A stretch of 64,000 nucleotides of DNA from an uncultured Gemmatimonadales bacterium (GCA_963828735.1 CAWHFW010000002.1:576001-640000); one strand, 5' to 3'. Counted from the first letter of the stretch, positions 9,043 through 19,216 are shown. Numbers and translations: made by a program. Notes: generated by a model not told the origin, from the letters alone.

Positions 9043-10197
9043 ATGCCACCTTTCCGACCCACCTCGGGTCTGGCGGCGGTCTGCCTCCTGCCGCTGGTTG
9101 CGGCTGCCTGCCTCAAGGTGCCGCAACAGTCCGCGTCGTTGACCGCGATCGAAGCCACCGATGTCACCGCGAGCGAGCTCCAGCTGCGCGTCTTCGAGGC
9201 GGGGCGGCGTCTCTCGTCCATCATCGAGGATGCCGCGGATACCATCGCCGCCCGCAGCCCGGATTCCACCATCCGCCGCAACGCCCTTCGCTGGAAGGTG
9301 GCGGCGATCCCGCTGATCCAGGAAGCCTCGCTCCGTCCCGACCCGGTGGTGGCCTTGGCCGACGTCTGGACCTTCACCATGCAGCTATCCGACTACTTGG
9401 AGCGAGGCGACGGGCGGGACGCATTCGGCGACCAGCAGCCGATCGCGATCGCCGCGACCGACACGCTCGAGCGCCTGGCATCGGATCTCGCCGCCCACGT
9501 CGTCGGCACCACCGAGAGCAAGCCCCGAGAGGAGCGGCTCCGCGTCTGGGCGGGGGACCACCCGATTCACGGCCCCGACCTCGCGCGGGAGTCCATTCTC
9601 TCGAGCGACATGAAGGCGCTCTCCCTCGGCGAGACCAGCCTGACCGGCACCGTCGCCAGCCTCCAACGCAACCTCGTGGGCATCAACAACCGGCTCGGCT
9701 ACGTGAACGAGGGAATCTTCAAGCGGGTGGTGTGGCAGGGCGAGTTGGCGGCAGGCGACGTGTTGCCTCCGATCCTCGCCCGTGCCCGGGCGGCCGCCCT
9801 GCAGTATCTCACCGAACAGGAGCGCGGGCTCCTCGGAGCAGTAGACTCGCAGCGGACGGCCGTGTTCGCCGCCCTCGCGGTCGAGCGCGGGACCGTGCTC
9901 GACCGCGTAGCGATGGAGCGAGCGATCGTGCTCGATGCCATCAGGGTAGAGCGGACCGCCACGCTGGCCGGCTTGCGCGACGAACGCGTAGCCGTGCTCC
10001 TCGCCATCGAGGCTGAGCGCCGCGCGGCGCTGGCCAAGATGGACAGCGTCGCTCAGGCATCCATCGACCACGCCGGGGCAGTCGTCGGCCGGCTCCTGCT
10101 CTGGACCGTCCTCGCACTCGTCGGCCTCGCAACCTTCGTCGGGATCGGCGCCGTGTGGATCACCCGCTCATGGAGGCCCGCGGGCGCGCGGGGGTAG
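9043..10197 (+). CDS. Hypothetical lipoprotein with 11-residue coiled-coil repeats and C-terminal TM anchor
   Basis: Lipobox-like VAAAC, about 7 ER-x-x-(V/T/A)-L 11-mers and a C-terminal hydrophobic helix. Confidence 0.75.
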   Translation: MPPFRPTSGLAAVCLLPLVAAACLKVPQQSASLTAIEATDVTASELQLRVFEAGRRLSSIIEDAADTIAARSPDSTIRRNALRWKVAAIPLIQEASLRPDPVVALADVWTFTMQLSDYLERGDGRDAFGDQQPIAIAATDTLERLASDLAAHVVGTTESKPREERLRVWAGDHPIHGPDLARESILSSDMKALSLGETSLTGTVASLQRNLVGINNRLGYVNEGIFKRVVWQGELAAGDVLPPILARARAAALQYLTEQERGLLGAVDSQRTAVFAALAVERGTVLDRVAMERAIVLDAIRVERTATLAGLRDERVAVLLAIEAERRAALAKMDSVAQASIDHAGAVVGRLLLWTVLALVGLATFVGIGAVWITRSWRPAGARG

Positions 10198-10310
10198 GGC
10201 GGCGGTCCCAACGACGAACGACGCCGGGCCGCCATGATATCGGTCGGCGACCGTCAGGAGGCCCTCGACAATGTCGATGCGGTTGGTCGGCGCCGCCGCC
10301 GCCATGGCCG

Positions 10311-10500
10311 TCACGATGATGGGCCCGAGGGATAGTTCAGCTTGAGCTGGCGCTGGATGTTTCCGATACGCTCGCTGGGACGGGAGTGATCGCCGGCGAA
10401 GAAGTTGGAGAGCCTGTCCTCCTCGCCGTACTTGTCCTTGAACTTCTGCCAGAGGCCCGGACCCTTGGTCACGTCGAAGCCGGCCTCGTAGATGCGAGGA
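10311..10500 (-). pseudogene. C-terminal remnant of an M48-family metallopeptidase
   Basis: YEAGFDV..GPGLWQKF...NFFAGDHSRPSERI resembles the M48 tail (AGYDP..W..M...FLSTHP...ERI). No HEXXH-containing N-terminus. Confidence 0.55.
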
Positions 10501-10608
10501 GAGCAGAAACGACAAGTCATCGACGCCCCGGCCTTCCAACCGCGGCTGGAGGCCCTGGCGACCGCGCGTCACGTGTAGCCATATGAGTCCCTCGAACGCT
10601 TCACTGGC

Positions 10609-12974
10609 CTATTCCCGAAGCAGCAGTCCGATCGCCTCGCGCGCCGGATCGCGGTACGGCTCTCCACTCACGTCCACCGTGACCCGGCGGATCGTGCCGC
10701 CGGTAAAGGCCCATGGCCGATACCCAGGATAGTCCGTGGTAACGGCGTCGCCGCCGTCGCGGCCGACGTCGAGGCCCTCGCCTGCGAGCGAGAAGCGGCC
10801 GGGCTGCGTGCGGATGGCCCGCTCGCCGACGACACGGCCGTCGAACTGCAGGCGCAGGACGCCGGCCGCCGCACCCGAGCCCTCCTCGCCCGTCTTCTCG
10901 AAGGCGGCCACGAGCACGGCGTCCCCGAGCGGCACGTCCTCGCTCGATTCGATCAGCTGGTCCTCGATCCCCACGAAGTTGTACACGTACCGGAGCCGGC
11001 GGTCCTTCACGTACAACGCGTGCCCGCCGAACCGGCCACCCATGGCGAAGAGGACGCCCGCCGCCTCCGCCGAGACGATCTCGACATGGGCGGCGACCGT
11101 GTAGGACCGGCCGCGGATGCTCACCGCCGCAGCTTCGGGAACCCCGGAGATGTTAGGGTAGTAGACATACCGCTTGCGGGCTCCGACGAGCGCGGGTCGC
11201 GGCGCCTCGAGAATCTCGGCCATGTTGCGGTCGTCGAGCGGCAGCGCCCCGTAGCGTCCCGCGCAGACGAACCAGAGGTTCTTGAGCTCCTCGAGCTTGG
11301 CCGGGTGCTGGGCCGCCAGATCGAAGCGCTCGGTGCGATCGTCGTCGGTGTTGTAGAGCTCCCACGTGTCGCGCGAAAAGTTGCCCCAGCCGGCGAGCGG
11401 CGGATGGGTGGTCACCGCCTTCCACCCCCTGCTCCAGATGCCGCGCGTCCCGAGCATGGAGTAGAACTGCAGGTCGCGGTGGCCGACGGCATACGCGTCC
11501 TCGAAGGTGTAGGCCAGGCTGATGCCCTCGATCGGCTTCTGCGTGTATCCCCGGACCGTGTCGGGCATGCGGGTGCCCGCGCACTCGAGCAGGGTCGGCA
11601 TCAAGTCGATCGCGTGGCAATACTGGGCTCGAATGCCGCTCCGGTCGGCGATGCCCCGGGGCCAGTACACGACGCAGGGAGCCGCGATCCCTCCCTCGAA
11701 CGAGGCGTACCGCTTCCACATCTTGAACGGGGTGTTGAACCCCATCGCCCAACCGGTACAGAAGTGGTTGTACGTCTCCGGCCCGCCCAGCTTCTCCAGC
11801 ATATCGGTGCGGCCGCGCAAGCGGTCGGGCACGCCATTCATCACGTGGTTGCCGTTCACCACGCCGTCCGGACCCTCCCTCGCCACTGGCTCCATTCCCC
11901 GACACCACGGCGCACGACGGTATTCTCGAGCTCGCCGGCGTCCTCGAGAAAGTCGACCAGCCGCCCGATGTGGTGGTCGGCATGACTCAACATCCCTGCG
12001 TACACCTCGGCCATTCGCGCGAACAGCGCCTGCTCCTCGGGCGAGAGCGAATACCATGGCTTGACCCAGTCCGCCGGCGGGTAGGGTTCGCCGTTCGGAC
12101 CCGAGCGAGTCGCGGGCGTGCCGACCGGATTGAGGGCGGGCAGGCCGACGTCCGGGAGCAGGATGCCCATCGACTTCTGTCGATTGAGGATACCCCGACG
12201 CATCTCCTCGTAGCCCGCGTCGAAATGACCGCGATACCGATCGGACCACTCGCGGGGTACCTGATGCGGCGCGTGGCACGCGCCGGGACAGAAATAGAGA
12301 AAGAAGGGCCGGTGCGGGGCGATGACCTTCGAATCCCGGATGAACTGGAGCGCGGTGTCGGTCAGGTCTTCCGTCAGGTGGTAGCCGGCTTCGGGCCCGC
12401 GAGGTGGCCCGACCGGATGGTTGTCGTGCACCAGCTCCGGGAAATACTGGCTGGTCTCGCCGCCGAGAAACCCGTAGAACCGCTCGAACCCTCGCCCGAG
12501 CGGCCAGCTTCGTTTGCTGGACGCGAGGTTCACCTCGCCCTCGGGGCACAGGTGCCACTTGCCCACCGCGTAGGTATTCCAGCCGTGCGAAACGAGCACC
12601 TCGGCAAGGCTGGCGCACTCGGGGGGGATGTAGCCGCTGGAGGAGGGGAAGCCGCTGGTGGCTTCACCCAGGCCCGCCATGCCGACGGTGGTGTGGTTGC
12701 GGCCCGTCAGCAGGCAGGCACGGGTCGCCGACGACACGCCCGTCGTGTGCCAGTTGGTGTAGCGGAGCCCGTTCCGGGCGAGCCGGTCGATGGCCGGCGT
12801 TTCGACCGGGCCGCCGAAGCACCCGAGCGACCCGAAGCCCACGTCGTCCAGCACGATGAGGACGATGTTGGGCACTCCGTCACGCGCCCGGGGCTGCTCG
12901 TAGGGCCGCCAATCGGGGCGGGAGTCACGGATGTCGAGGGTCGCGTTGCCGCGGAAAGCACGGGTAACTGGCAC
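10609..12974 (-). CDS. Arylsulfatase paralog 1, interrupted by two frameshifts at about 11875-11915, with atypical SxAxR active-site motif
   Basis: N-half (ORF 11856..12974) has PNIVLIVLDDVG, HTTGVSSATRACLLTGRNH and GKWHL. C-half continues in the 10609 frame with GWAMGFNTPFKMWK and WELY. Confidence 0.8.
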
Positions 12975-13126
12975 TGTGGACCCCCCTCAGAGGATCGCGC
13001 ATCCGGGTGGGGCGCAAGACCAGCACGGCGAAGTACGCGCACACCAAGCCGGGACGTCCGGGTGGCCCCCAGGAGGTGAACACCATTGGCTTCAGCGAAG
13101 GTGTCCCCGGAAGTCGAGGGGCGCAC

Positions 13127-13142
13127 AGTGGACCTTCGTGCA
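13127..13142 (-). promoter_or_regulatory. Operator copy 2 (AGTGGACCTTCGTGCA) upstream of sulfatase 1
   Basis: Matches the consensus. -10-like CACCTT (13098-13103, minus strand) lies 23 nt downstream. Confidence 0.65.
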
Positions 13143-13151
13143 CACGGCGAC

Positions 13152-15530
13152 CTACTGAATCGCCATCGCCAGTCGCATCCGCTCCTCGGGTGCGATCAGA
13201 TGATCGACATCCCGGGCCGCCTTGTTGACGTCGATCTCGACCCAGTTGACCTCGCCCGAGAACTTCCCGCCCGGCGTCTCATTGTCGTTCGTGACGGGTG
13301 AGCCCGACTCGTACCCGATGTCGAGCGTCTCGTCGGCGGAGAAGAGCGCCGGCTCGGTGCGCTCGATGCGGGCGGCGCCGACCGCTTTGCCGTCGACGAA
13401 GAGTGTGGCGGTCCCGCCCTTCGCCAGGCCGCCGCCTTCGTAGGCGAACTCCATCCGCACCTGGTGCGTGCCGGCCGGGATCGGCGTGGAGGCCTCGGCG
13501 TAGTACTGATTCAGGCCGAGGAAGTTGTAGCAGTGTTTCAGCCTCCCGCTCTTCGCGTAGAGCGACCATCCCCCGGTGATCCCGCCCAACGCCACGATGG
13601 TGCCCTCCGCACCGGATTCCGGTACCACAATCTCGGCGGTGATCGCGTAGGACTTGTTGTGGGTGTTGACGACCGAGCTCTCCGTGAGCCGCCCCATGCC
13701 GCCGAACAGGAGCTGGCGGTTCCCTTTGACCAGCTGCGGGCGGCCGGCGACATCGGGGTTCGCGCGCTCGATCATCCGGTCGTCGAGCGGCAGCACCTGG
13801 TACTTGGCTGCCTCGAGCAACCAGAGACGCTGGAGTTCGTGCAGGCGGTCGGGCTGCGCTTTCGCCAGGTCGTGTGCCTGGGTCCAGTCCTTGGTCGTGT
13901 CGTACAGCTCCCAGACGTCGTCGTGGAAAGCCATGGTTTTCACGTAGCCCGTCTGCCACGGAATCCGGTGGCGTGTCACGGCGGTCCAGCCCTTGTGATA
14001 GATGCCGCGATTGCCGAACATCTCGAAGTATTGCGTCTCGTGACGGTCGTGCGCCGTGGCATCGTTGAACGAGTAGGCCATGCTGACGCCCTCGAGGGGC
14101 TTCTGGGCGACGCCGTGCACGAACTGCGGCTCGGGCAGCCCGGCCACCTCGAGGATCGTCGGCGCGACGTCGATCACATGATGGAACTGGCTGCGGATCT
14201 CGTTCCTGGCCTTGATGCCTTTGGGCCAGTGGACGATCGTGCCGTTGCGTGTGCCGCCCCAGTGGGAGGCGACCTGCTTGGTCCACTGATAGGGCGTGCC
14301 CATCGCGTGCGCCCACCCTACCGCGTAATGATTGTAGGCCTCGGGACCTCCGAACTTGTCGAGCCGTGCCGCGAGGAACGCGGGTGTCTCGAGCTGCGGG
14401 AACCCGCCGAGGGTGATCATCTCGTTGAACGTGCCCTGCAGGGAGCCTTCGGCCGACGCGCCGTTGTCGCCGATGATCACGTAGATCAGGGTATCGTCGA
14501 GGACGCCCACGTCCTCGAGCGCGGTGATCACCCGTCCCACATGGTGGTCCGCGTGCTCCAGGAAGCCCGCGTAGATCTCCATCTGCCGCGCGAGCACCGT
14601 CTTCATCGTGGCGCTCACCGTGGTCCAGGCCGGGATTTCGGGATGGCGCGGGGTCAGGTCGCAGTCGGCGGGAATGACGCCCAGCCGCTTCTGGCGCGTG
14701 AAGGTCTCCTCGCGGAGCACGTCCCAGCCGGCGTCGAACTTGCCCTTGTACTTGTCGGACCACTCCTTCGGCACGTGGTGCGGCGCGTGCGTGGCGCCGG
14801 GCGCGAAGTAGACGAAGAACGGCTTGTCGGGCGCGAGGGACTTCTGCTGGCGGATCCACTTGATCGCCCTGTTGGCGAGGTCCTCGGTCAGGTGATAACC
14901 CTCAGCCGGAGTCTTCGCCGGCTCGACCGGAGACGTCCCCTCGAACAGCGCGGGATAGTACTGATTGGTCTCACCGCCGATGAATCCGTAGAAATACTCG
15001 AAACCGCCGCCGCCACTCGGCCACCGCTCGAAAGGGCCGATGGGGCTGGTCTCCCACACCGGGACCTCGTGACACTTGCCGAACTGTGCGGTCGAGTAGC
15101 CGTTGAGCTTGAGGATGTCGGCGATGGGGGCCGCGGTGTTGGGACGCATCGAGTTCTGGCCCGGCGCCGAGGTGGCCAGCTCGGTAATGGAGCCCATGCC
15201 GACGGAGTGGTGATTCCGACCGGTCAACAAGGCCTGGCGCGTCGGCGAGCATAGAGCGGTCGTGTGAAACCGGTTGTACTTGAGCCCGTTGCCGGCCAGC
15301 CTCTCGAACGTCGGCGTTTGGCAGGGGCCACCGAAAGTGCTCGACGCCCCGAACCCCACGTCATCGATGAGGACCACCAGCACGTTGGGTGCGCCCTTCG
15401 GTGGACGCAGAGGCCGGATCGGGTCGAAGCTGGCTTCCTTGTCCTTCGCATCGAACGTGATCACGCCGGAGGCCGGGCGGTCCGGGATCGGGAGAACATC
15501 GCGCGCGATGTTCCCGTTGCGGTCTGGCAT
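13152..15530 (-). CDS. Arylsulfatase paralog 2 (Cys-type, intact)
   Basis: ATG at 15530 with AAGGAG RBS. LIDDVG, HTTALCSPTRQALLTGRNH, GKCHE and GDNG motifs, plus a C-terminal LamG-like beta domain. Confidence 0.92.
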   Translation of the reverse strand: MPDRNGNIARDVLPIPDRPASGVITFDAKDKEASFDPIRPLRPPKGAPNVLVVLIDDVGFGASSTFGGPCQTPTFERLAGNGLKYNRFHTTALCSPTRQALLTGRNHHSVGMGSITELATSAPGQNSMRPNTAAPIADILKLNGYSTAQFGKCHEVPVWETSPIGPFERWPSGGGGFEYFYGFIGGETNQYYPALFEGTSPVEPAKTPAEGYHLTEDLANRAIKWIRQQKSLAPDKPFFVYFAPGATHAPHHVPKEWSDKYKGKFDAGWDVLREETFTRQKRLGVIPADCDLTPRHPEIPAWTTVSATMKTVLARQMEIYAGFLEHADHHVGRVITALEDVGVLDDTLIYVIIGDNGASAEGSLQGTFNEMITLGGFPQLETPAFLAARLDKFGGPEAYNHYAVGWAHAMGTPYQWTKQVASHWGGTRNGTIVHWPKGIKARNEIRSQFHHVIDVAPTILEVAGLPEPQFVHGVAQKPLEGVSMAYSFNDATAHDRHETQYFEMFGNRGIYHKGWTAVTRHRIPWQTGYVKTMAFHDDVWELYDTTKDWTQAHDLAKAQPDRLHELQRLWLLEAAKYQVLPLDDRMIERANPDVAGRPQLVKGNRQLLFGGMGRLTESSVVNTHNKSYAITAEIVVPESGAEGTIVALGGITGGWSLYAKSGRLKHCYNFLGLNQYYAEASTPIPAGTHQVRMEFAYEGGGLAKGGTATLFVDGKAVGAARIERTEPALFSADETLDIGYESGSPVTNDNETPGGKFSGEVNWVEIDVNKAARDVDHLIAPEERMRLAMAIQ

Positions 15531-15687
15531 GGGTGACTCCTTCAGGGGGCCCGCTTTCAGTGCTCGGTGCCTCGGGCCGGTTGCCAAGCGATTCGGGGCG
15601 GCGGCGAAGCGGGCGAAGGCGAGGACGCGCAGCAACACGTCCGGAGCAGACTGCAACGAAGTTGGGCCTCATCCGCCGTGTCGAGCC

Positions 15688-15703
15688 AGTACACCTTGGT
15701 ACA
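15688..15703 (-). promoter_or_regulatory. Operator copy 3 (AGTACACCTTGGTACA) upstream of sulfatase 2
   Basis: Matches the consensus. -10-like CAACTT (15659-15664, minus strand) lies 23 nt downstream. Confidence 0.65.
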
Positions 15704-15836
15704 CGCGCCGGCGCTCGGGAGCGCCCGTCGAAAACAGGTGCAGGCGCGAGGCGACGCTCCGCCTCCACGCCTGCACTTTCCGACATCACCCGCAGATTCC
15801 AGATTCGCGCCGAGACACGCCTACGCTGTCACCCGG

Positions 15837-16409
15837 TCACCGGTGTGCGAGACGCTGCGCGAACCCGCGGGCCTTGAACGCCAGCATGACCATGAGAATG
15901 CCGAAGGCGAAAGCGTACGCGCCGATCAGCCACAGCACCGTGAGGGCACCTGCGCCGGGCCGCGCCATGAGAAGAACGCCGAACGCGACCGAGGCCAATC
16001 CGCCAAGAATGAGCAGCCACTCCCCTTCGATCTCCTTGCGGAGGCGGATCGCGGCCGCGATCCCGAGCACACCCCGGGCGATGGCCCAGATGGCGATGTA
16101 GTAGAGGAGCGCGAGAGCCGTGAGCCCCGGGGCGGCCAGGGTCAGGATGCCGACGCCGACGCCCAGCAGTCCTCCGAGCAGCAACACCCACCACTGCTCC
16201 TGATCCTTGCGTCCGGCAAGCGCGGTCCACACATCGAGGACCCCGTCCGCCAGCGAGTACAGGCCAAAGAGCAGGACCAGGGAGGCGAGCGAGATGCCGG
16301 GGCGCAACCACGTCAGAAGGCCGAACGCGATGGCCGCGAGGCCACGCAGAAGCAGACGCCACCAACCCCGAGTGAGAATGGTCGCGAAGCGTTCCCCCAC
16401 GCCGTTCAT
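15837..16409 (-). CDS. HdeD/DUF308 family acid-resistance membrane protein
   Basis: WWRLLLRGLAAIAFG...LFGLYSLADG...WAIARG...GEWLLIL pattern with 6 TM helices. Confidence 0.85.
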   Translation of the reverse strand: MNGVGERFATILTRGWWRLLLRGLAAIAFGLLTWLRPGISLASLVLLFGLYSLADGVLDVWTALAGRKDQEQWWVLLLGGLLGVGVGILTLAAPGLTALALLYYIAIWAIARGVLGIAAAIRLRKEIEGEWLLILGGLASVAFGVLLMARPGAGALTVLWLIGAYAFAFGILMVMLAFKARGFAQRLAHR

Positions 16410-16512
16410 GATGGTCCCCCTTAGGCGCGCGGTGGCCGACCTGCGATCAGGCCGGCCACCGCGCACATCGTAGAGAAGAGAACGGTGGTTCTGAATCGCG
16501 TCATTGCTTCGC

Positions 16513-17076
16513 TCAGAACAGACCGCTTACCAAGCTGCTGACTTCCGGTCCTCCGACCTGCCCGAGGTACTTGGTGACCTCCGGAACGAACTTGGAAGCC
16601 GTCTCCGGCGGGATGCCCAGCTTGCCGAGGGCCGCGTTCAGACCCGCGACATCCGTGATGGAGCCCGTATCGACACCGGCGGCCTTGGCCGCGTCGAGGC
16701 TCGCGGTGCCTCCCCCTGGAAGCGATCCCGCGACCTTTTGATAATCGCTGGCGGGCAGCTTGTTCTGGGCGTAGGCCAGGACGGCCCCGGTTCCTGCGGT
16801 GGCCTGCGCGGGCGTCACGCCGAGGTCCGACGTCAGCGACGCCGGCAGCTCCCCGGCAGGCATGGCGGGCGCCGCCGCAGCTGCTGCGCTATCGGCCGAT
16901 GGTACCGCAGCCGTCGCCGCGGCAGCGCTATCGGCCGACGGGGCAGCCGGGGCCTCGCTCGTCACCGCACCGGCGCTATCGGCCGGCGCCGCCCCCGTCT
17001 CCGGAGTTGACTTGCTGCAGCCCGCGAGGGTCGCGGCCGCAAGCAAGGTGAACGTCAGCAGTGTATTCCGCAACAT
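16513..17076 (-). CDS. Lipoprotein with Ala-rich linker and DUF2780-like C-terminal domain
   Basis: ATG at 17076 with GAGGAG RBS. Lipobox LAGC and LGVTPAQATAGTGAVLAYAQNKL motif. Confidence 0.75.
   Translation of the reverse strand: MLRNTLLTFTLLAAATLAGCSKSTPETGAAPADSAGAVTSEAPAAPSADSAAAATAAVPSADSAAAAAAPAMPAGELPASLTSDLGVTPAQATAGTGAVLAYAQNKLPASDYQKVAGSLPGGGTASLDAAKAAGVDTGSITDVAGLNAALGKLGIPPETASKFVPEVTKYLGQVGGPEVSSLVSGLF
16886..16985. repeat. Three copies of GCGCTATCGGCCG encoding ADSA
   Basis: Copies at 16886, 16925 and 16973. Confidence 0.8.
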
Positions 17077-17120
17077 GAATGCTCCTCTCCAACTCGTGAA
17101 AACTTCTTCCGCGCCCGCAC

Positions 17121-17136
17121 AGTAGATCCTGGTGCA
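17121..17136 (-). promoter_or_regulatory. Operator copy 4 (AGTAGATCCTGGTGCA) upstream of the DUF2780-like gene
   Basis: More degenerate match, with the same GCAC 5' flank as copy 2. A partial second site lies at 17141-17156. No clean -10. Confidence 0.5.
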
Positions 17137-17247
17137 CGAGCCGGACACCTGGTGCGCCAAGCGCACCTTTCGCCGCCAACCGGTAGACCACCCTGGGCGC
17201 GACCACCCTGAACGCAAGGGAGCGCCGCCATCGAGCCTCCCAACGCG

Positions 17248-17760
17248 TCACTGCGACGTCGTGTCACCGACCATCGGCATGTTCGCTTGCAGGTTCGCGC
17301 TGATCACCGCGTCGAGCGCGTTCTCGATCTGGTAGAGGCGAGCCACCTTCACCGCTGGCAGGACCTTCTTGAACTTGCCGATGTACTTCTTCTGGAGATC
17401 GAGATGGCCCTGGCGAATCTTGAACCAGTTGGTCAGCAGGTCTTCCGCCTCCTTGTCCGTCATCTTGTCCGAGGTCTTGACGTAGTTCTCGATCAGCTCG
17501 ACCCGCTTATCGCCGATCTTGGCGACCTCGGCCTGGTACTCCCGGTAGACCGGCCAGAAGTTTTCGCTCTCCTGGGGCGTGAACTCCATGAGCTGCTGCA
17601 GGATGTCCCGGCGCTTGTTCTGCACGTCGGCCCGGGTCAGCTCAATCTCATCGTGCGCGTTTTTGACCTGGCCGGACTCCGTCTGGGCCCTGCAGGGGGC
17701 CGCGGCGGCAACCAGGCCCCAGGCCAGAACGGCCAGCCCGGCGGTTCGAGTGTATTCCAT
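17248..17760 (-). CDS. Secreted all-helical protein (Spy/CpxP-like)
   Basis: ATG at 17760 with GAGGAG RBS. Signal peptide and FTPQESENFWPVYREY...FKKVLPAVKVARLYQIE motif. Confidence 0.7.
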   Translation of the reverse strand: MEYTRTAGLAVLAWGLVAAAAPCRAQTESGQVKNAHDEIELTRADVQNKRRDILQQLMEFTPQESENFWPVYREYQAEVAKIGDKRVELIENYVKTSDKMTDKEAEDLLTNWFKIRQGHLDLQKKYIGKFKKVLPAVKVARLYQIENALDAVISANLQANMPMVGDTTSQ

Positions 17761-17813
17761 ACGGAGGCTCCTCAAGGGGAGCCCCAGAATAGGGCTGTGG
17801 CGGGCCCGGACCC

Positions 17814-17829
17814 ATTGGACCTTCGTGCA
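17814..17829 (-). promoter_or_regulatory. Operator copy 5 (ATTGGACCTTCGTGCA)
   Basis: 14-nt core identical to copy 2. -10 TATTCT (17786-17791, minus strand) lies 22 nt downstream. Confidence 0.75.
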
Positions 17830-17843
17830 GGGCCCCCCTTGGC

Positions 17844-18815
17844 TTACATCAGGACGCGCTCGGCGCAGAGGCCGATGGACCGTTCCAGGTGCTCCGCATT
17901 AAGGGTCCCGGCCAGCGCGATGAGCGTCACCCGGCACCCGGGGGGCTCCGCCGGCCCCCAGGGGCGGTGGCGGCGGACGCTCCAGCGCGAGCCGAGGTGC
18001 TGGAACAGGAATCGGTGGACCGGGTCCCTAGAGAGGGAGAGCACGCCCTTGGCCCGGAGCACGTTTCGGGGAAGCGCCGCTACCCACCGGCCGAAGGCCG
18101 CCTCCCGTATGGGACCGGGCCCGGCCCAGCTCCAGCGTTCGTACGCCGTCCCGTGGTGGGGAGGAAACTCGGGGCCCTGCGCGGCTTCCACCGTGCGCCG
18201 CTCGAGCCGAGCGTCGTCGGCCCGGTGGCTCCCCAACAGCACCAGCGCCGGAAGGCGAGCGTGCGAGGCCTCGACCACCTGGGCGCCGGGCGCCAGCGCA
18301 TGAAGCCACTGTACGACCGCCGTGCGCTCCCGCGGCGGCACCAGGTCGATCTTGTTCAGGACGAGGAGATCGGCCGATCGGAGCTGCTGCCGGATCCGGA
18401 TCCCCGCGTGCCGTTCCACCGCGGCCAGCCGGATCGTTTCGGCGTCGGCCACGACGATGGTGCCGTCCAGTCGGAAGCCGGGGAGGTGGCCGCACTGGGC
18501 GATCGTCCTCGGATCGGCGATCCCGCTGGCCTCGATGACGACGTGGACCGGGGGGTGGGGGCGGTCGCGGATGGCGCACAGGGTGCCGGCGAGCTCCGCG
18601 CCGAGCGTACAGCAGAAACAGCCATTGTCGAAGCGGAGGAGGTCGTGTTCGCCGCCCTGGACGTCATCGTCGTCGAAGCTGACGTGACCGAAGTCGTCCA
18701 CAGCGAGGACCAGCCGGCGGCTGGTGGCGGTGCGGACCAGATGCCGGAGCAGCGTGGTCTTCCCCGCCCCGAGGTAGCCCGCGACGACGGTGATGGGGAT
18801 GGGGGCCAGGCTCAC
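17844..18815 (-). CDS. CobW/COG0523 family P-loop GTPase metallochaperone
   Basis: GYLGAGKTT, NGCFCC (CxCC), IEASG, NKID and C-terminal LRAKG motifs. Confidence 0.88.
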   Translation of the reverse strand: MSLAPIPITVVAGYLGAGKTTLLRHLVRTATSRRLVLAVDDFGHVSFDDDDVQGGEHDLLRFDNGCFCCTLGAELAGTLCAIRDRPHPPVHVVIEASGIADPRTIAQCGHLPGFRLDGTIVVADAETIRLAAVERHAGIRIRQQLRSADLLVLNKIDLVPPRERTAVVQWLHALAPGAQVVEASHARLPALVLLGSHRADDARLERRTVEAAQGPEFPPHHGTAYERWSWAGPGPIREAAFGRWVAALPRNVLRAKGVLSLSRDPVHRFLFQHLGSRWSVRRHRPWGPAEPPGCRVTLIALAGTLNAEHLERSIGLCAERVLM

Positions 18816-19216
18816 CGGTCCATCTCCCCTACCGCCTCGATGGCGGCGAGGAGCGAGCGGTCCTCGAAGGGCTTGCGCAGGCAGATCACCGCCTCGGACC
18901 GAAGCCGGACCGCCGTCACCTTGGCGTCATCATGGGCGGTGATGAATACGGTCGGAGGCGCGTGGCCGCGGGTGCACAGCTTCGCGTAGAGGTCGATGCC
19001 GTTCATTCCGCCGAGGTACACGTCGAGCACGAGGCAATCCAGCTCATCCGGGGGATTCGTGCTCAGAAACTCCTCGGCGGAGGGATAGGTGCGAACCTCG
19101 AACCCTGTCGCCCGCAGCAGTCGGCCGAGCGCTCCGCGCACGCCCTGATCGTCGTCGACGACGACAATCCGGGTCGGCGCACGATCCGTGGGCGTACGCT
19201 GGAGACTCGCGGTCAT
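18812..19216 (-). CDS. Stand-alone response regulator receiver (FixJ-associated type)
   Basis: VVDDD, LDVYLGGMNG, FITAH and LRKPF motifs. No output domain. Confidence 0.88.
   Translation of the reverse strand: MTASLQRTPTDRAPTRIVVVDDDQGVRGALGRLLRATGFEVRTYPSAEEFLSTNPPDELDCLVLDVYLGGMNGIDLYAKLCTRGHAPPTVFITAHDDAKVTAVRLRSEAVICLRKPFEDRSLLAAIEAVGEMDR

Noticed and set aside
16503..16518. Possible tenth operator (ATTGCTTCGCTCAGAA) upstream of hdeD
   Set aside because: Too degenerate and no -10 at the expected spacing. hdeD may be co-transcribed from the upstream gene.
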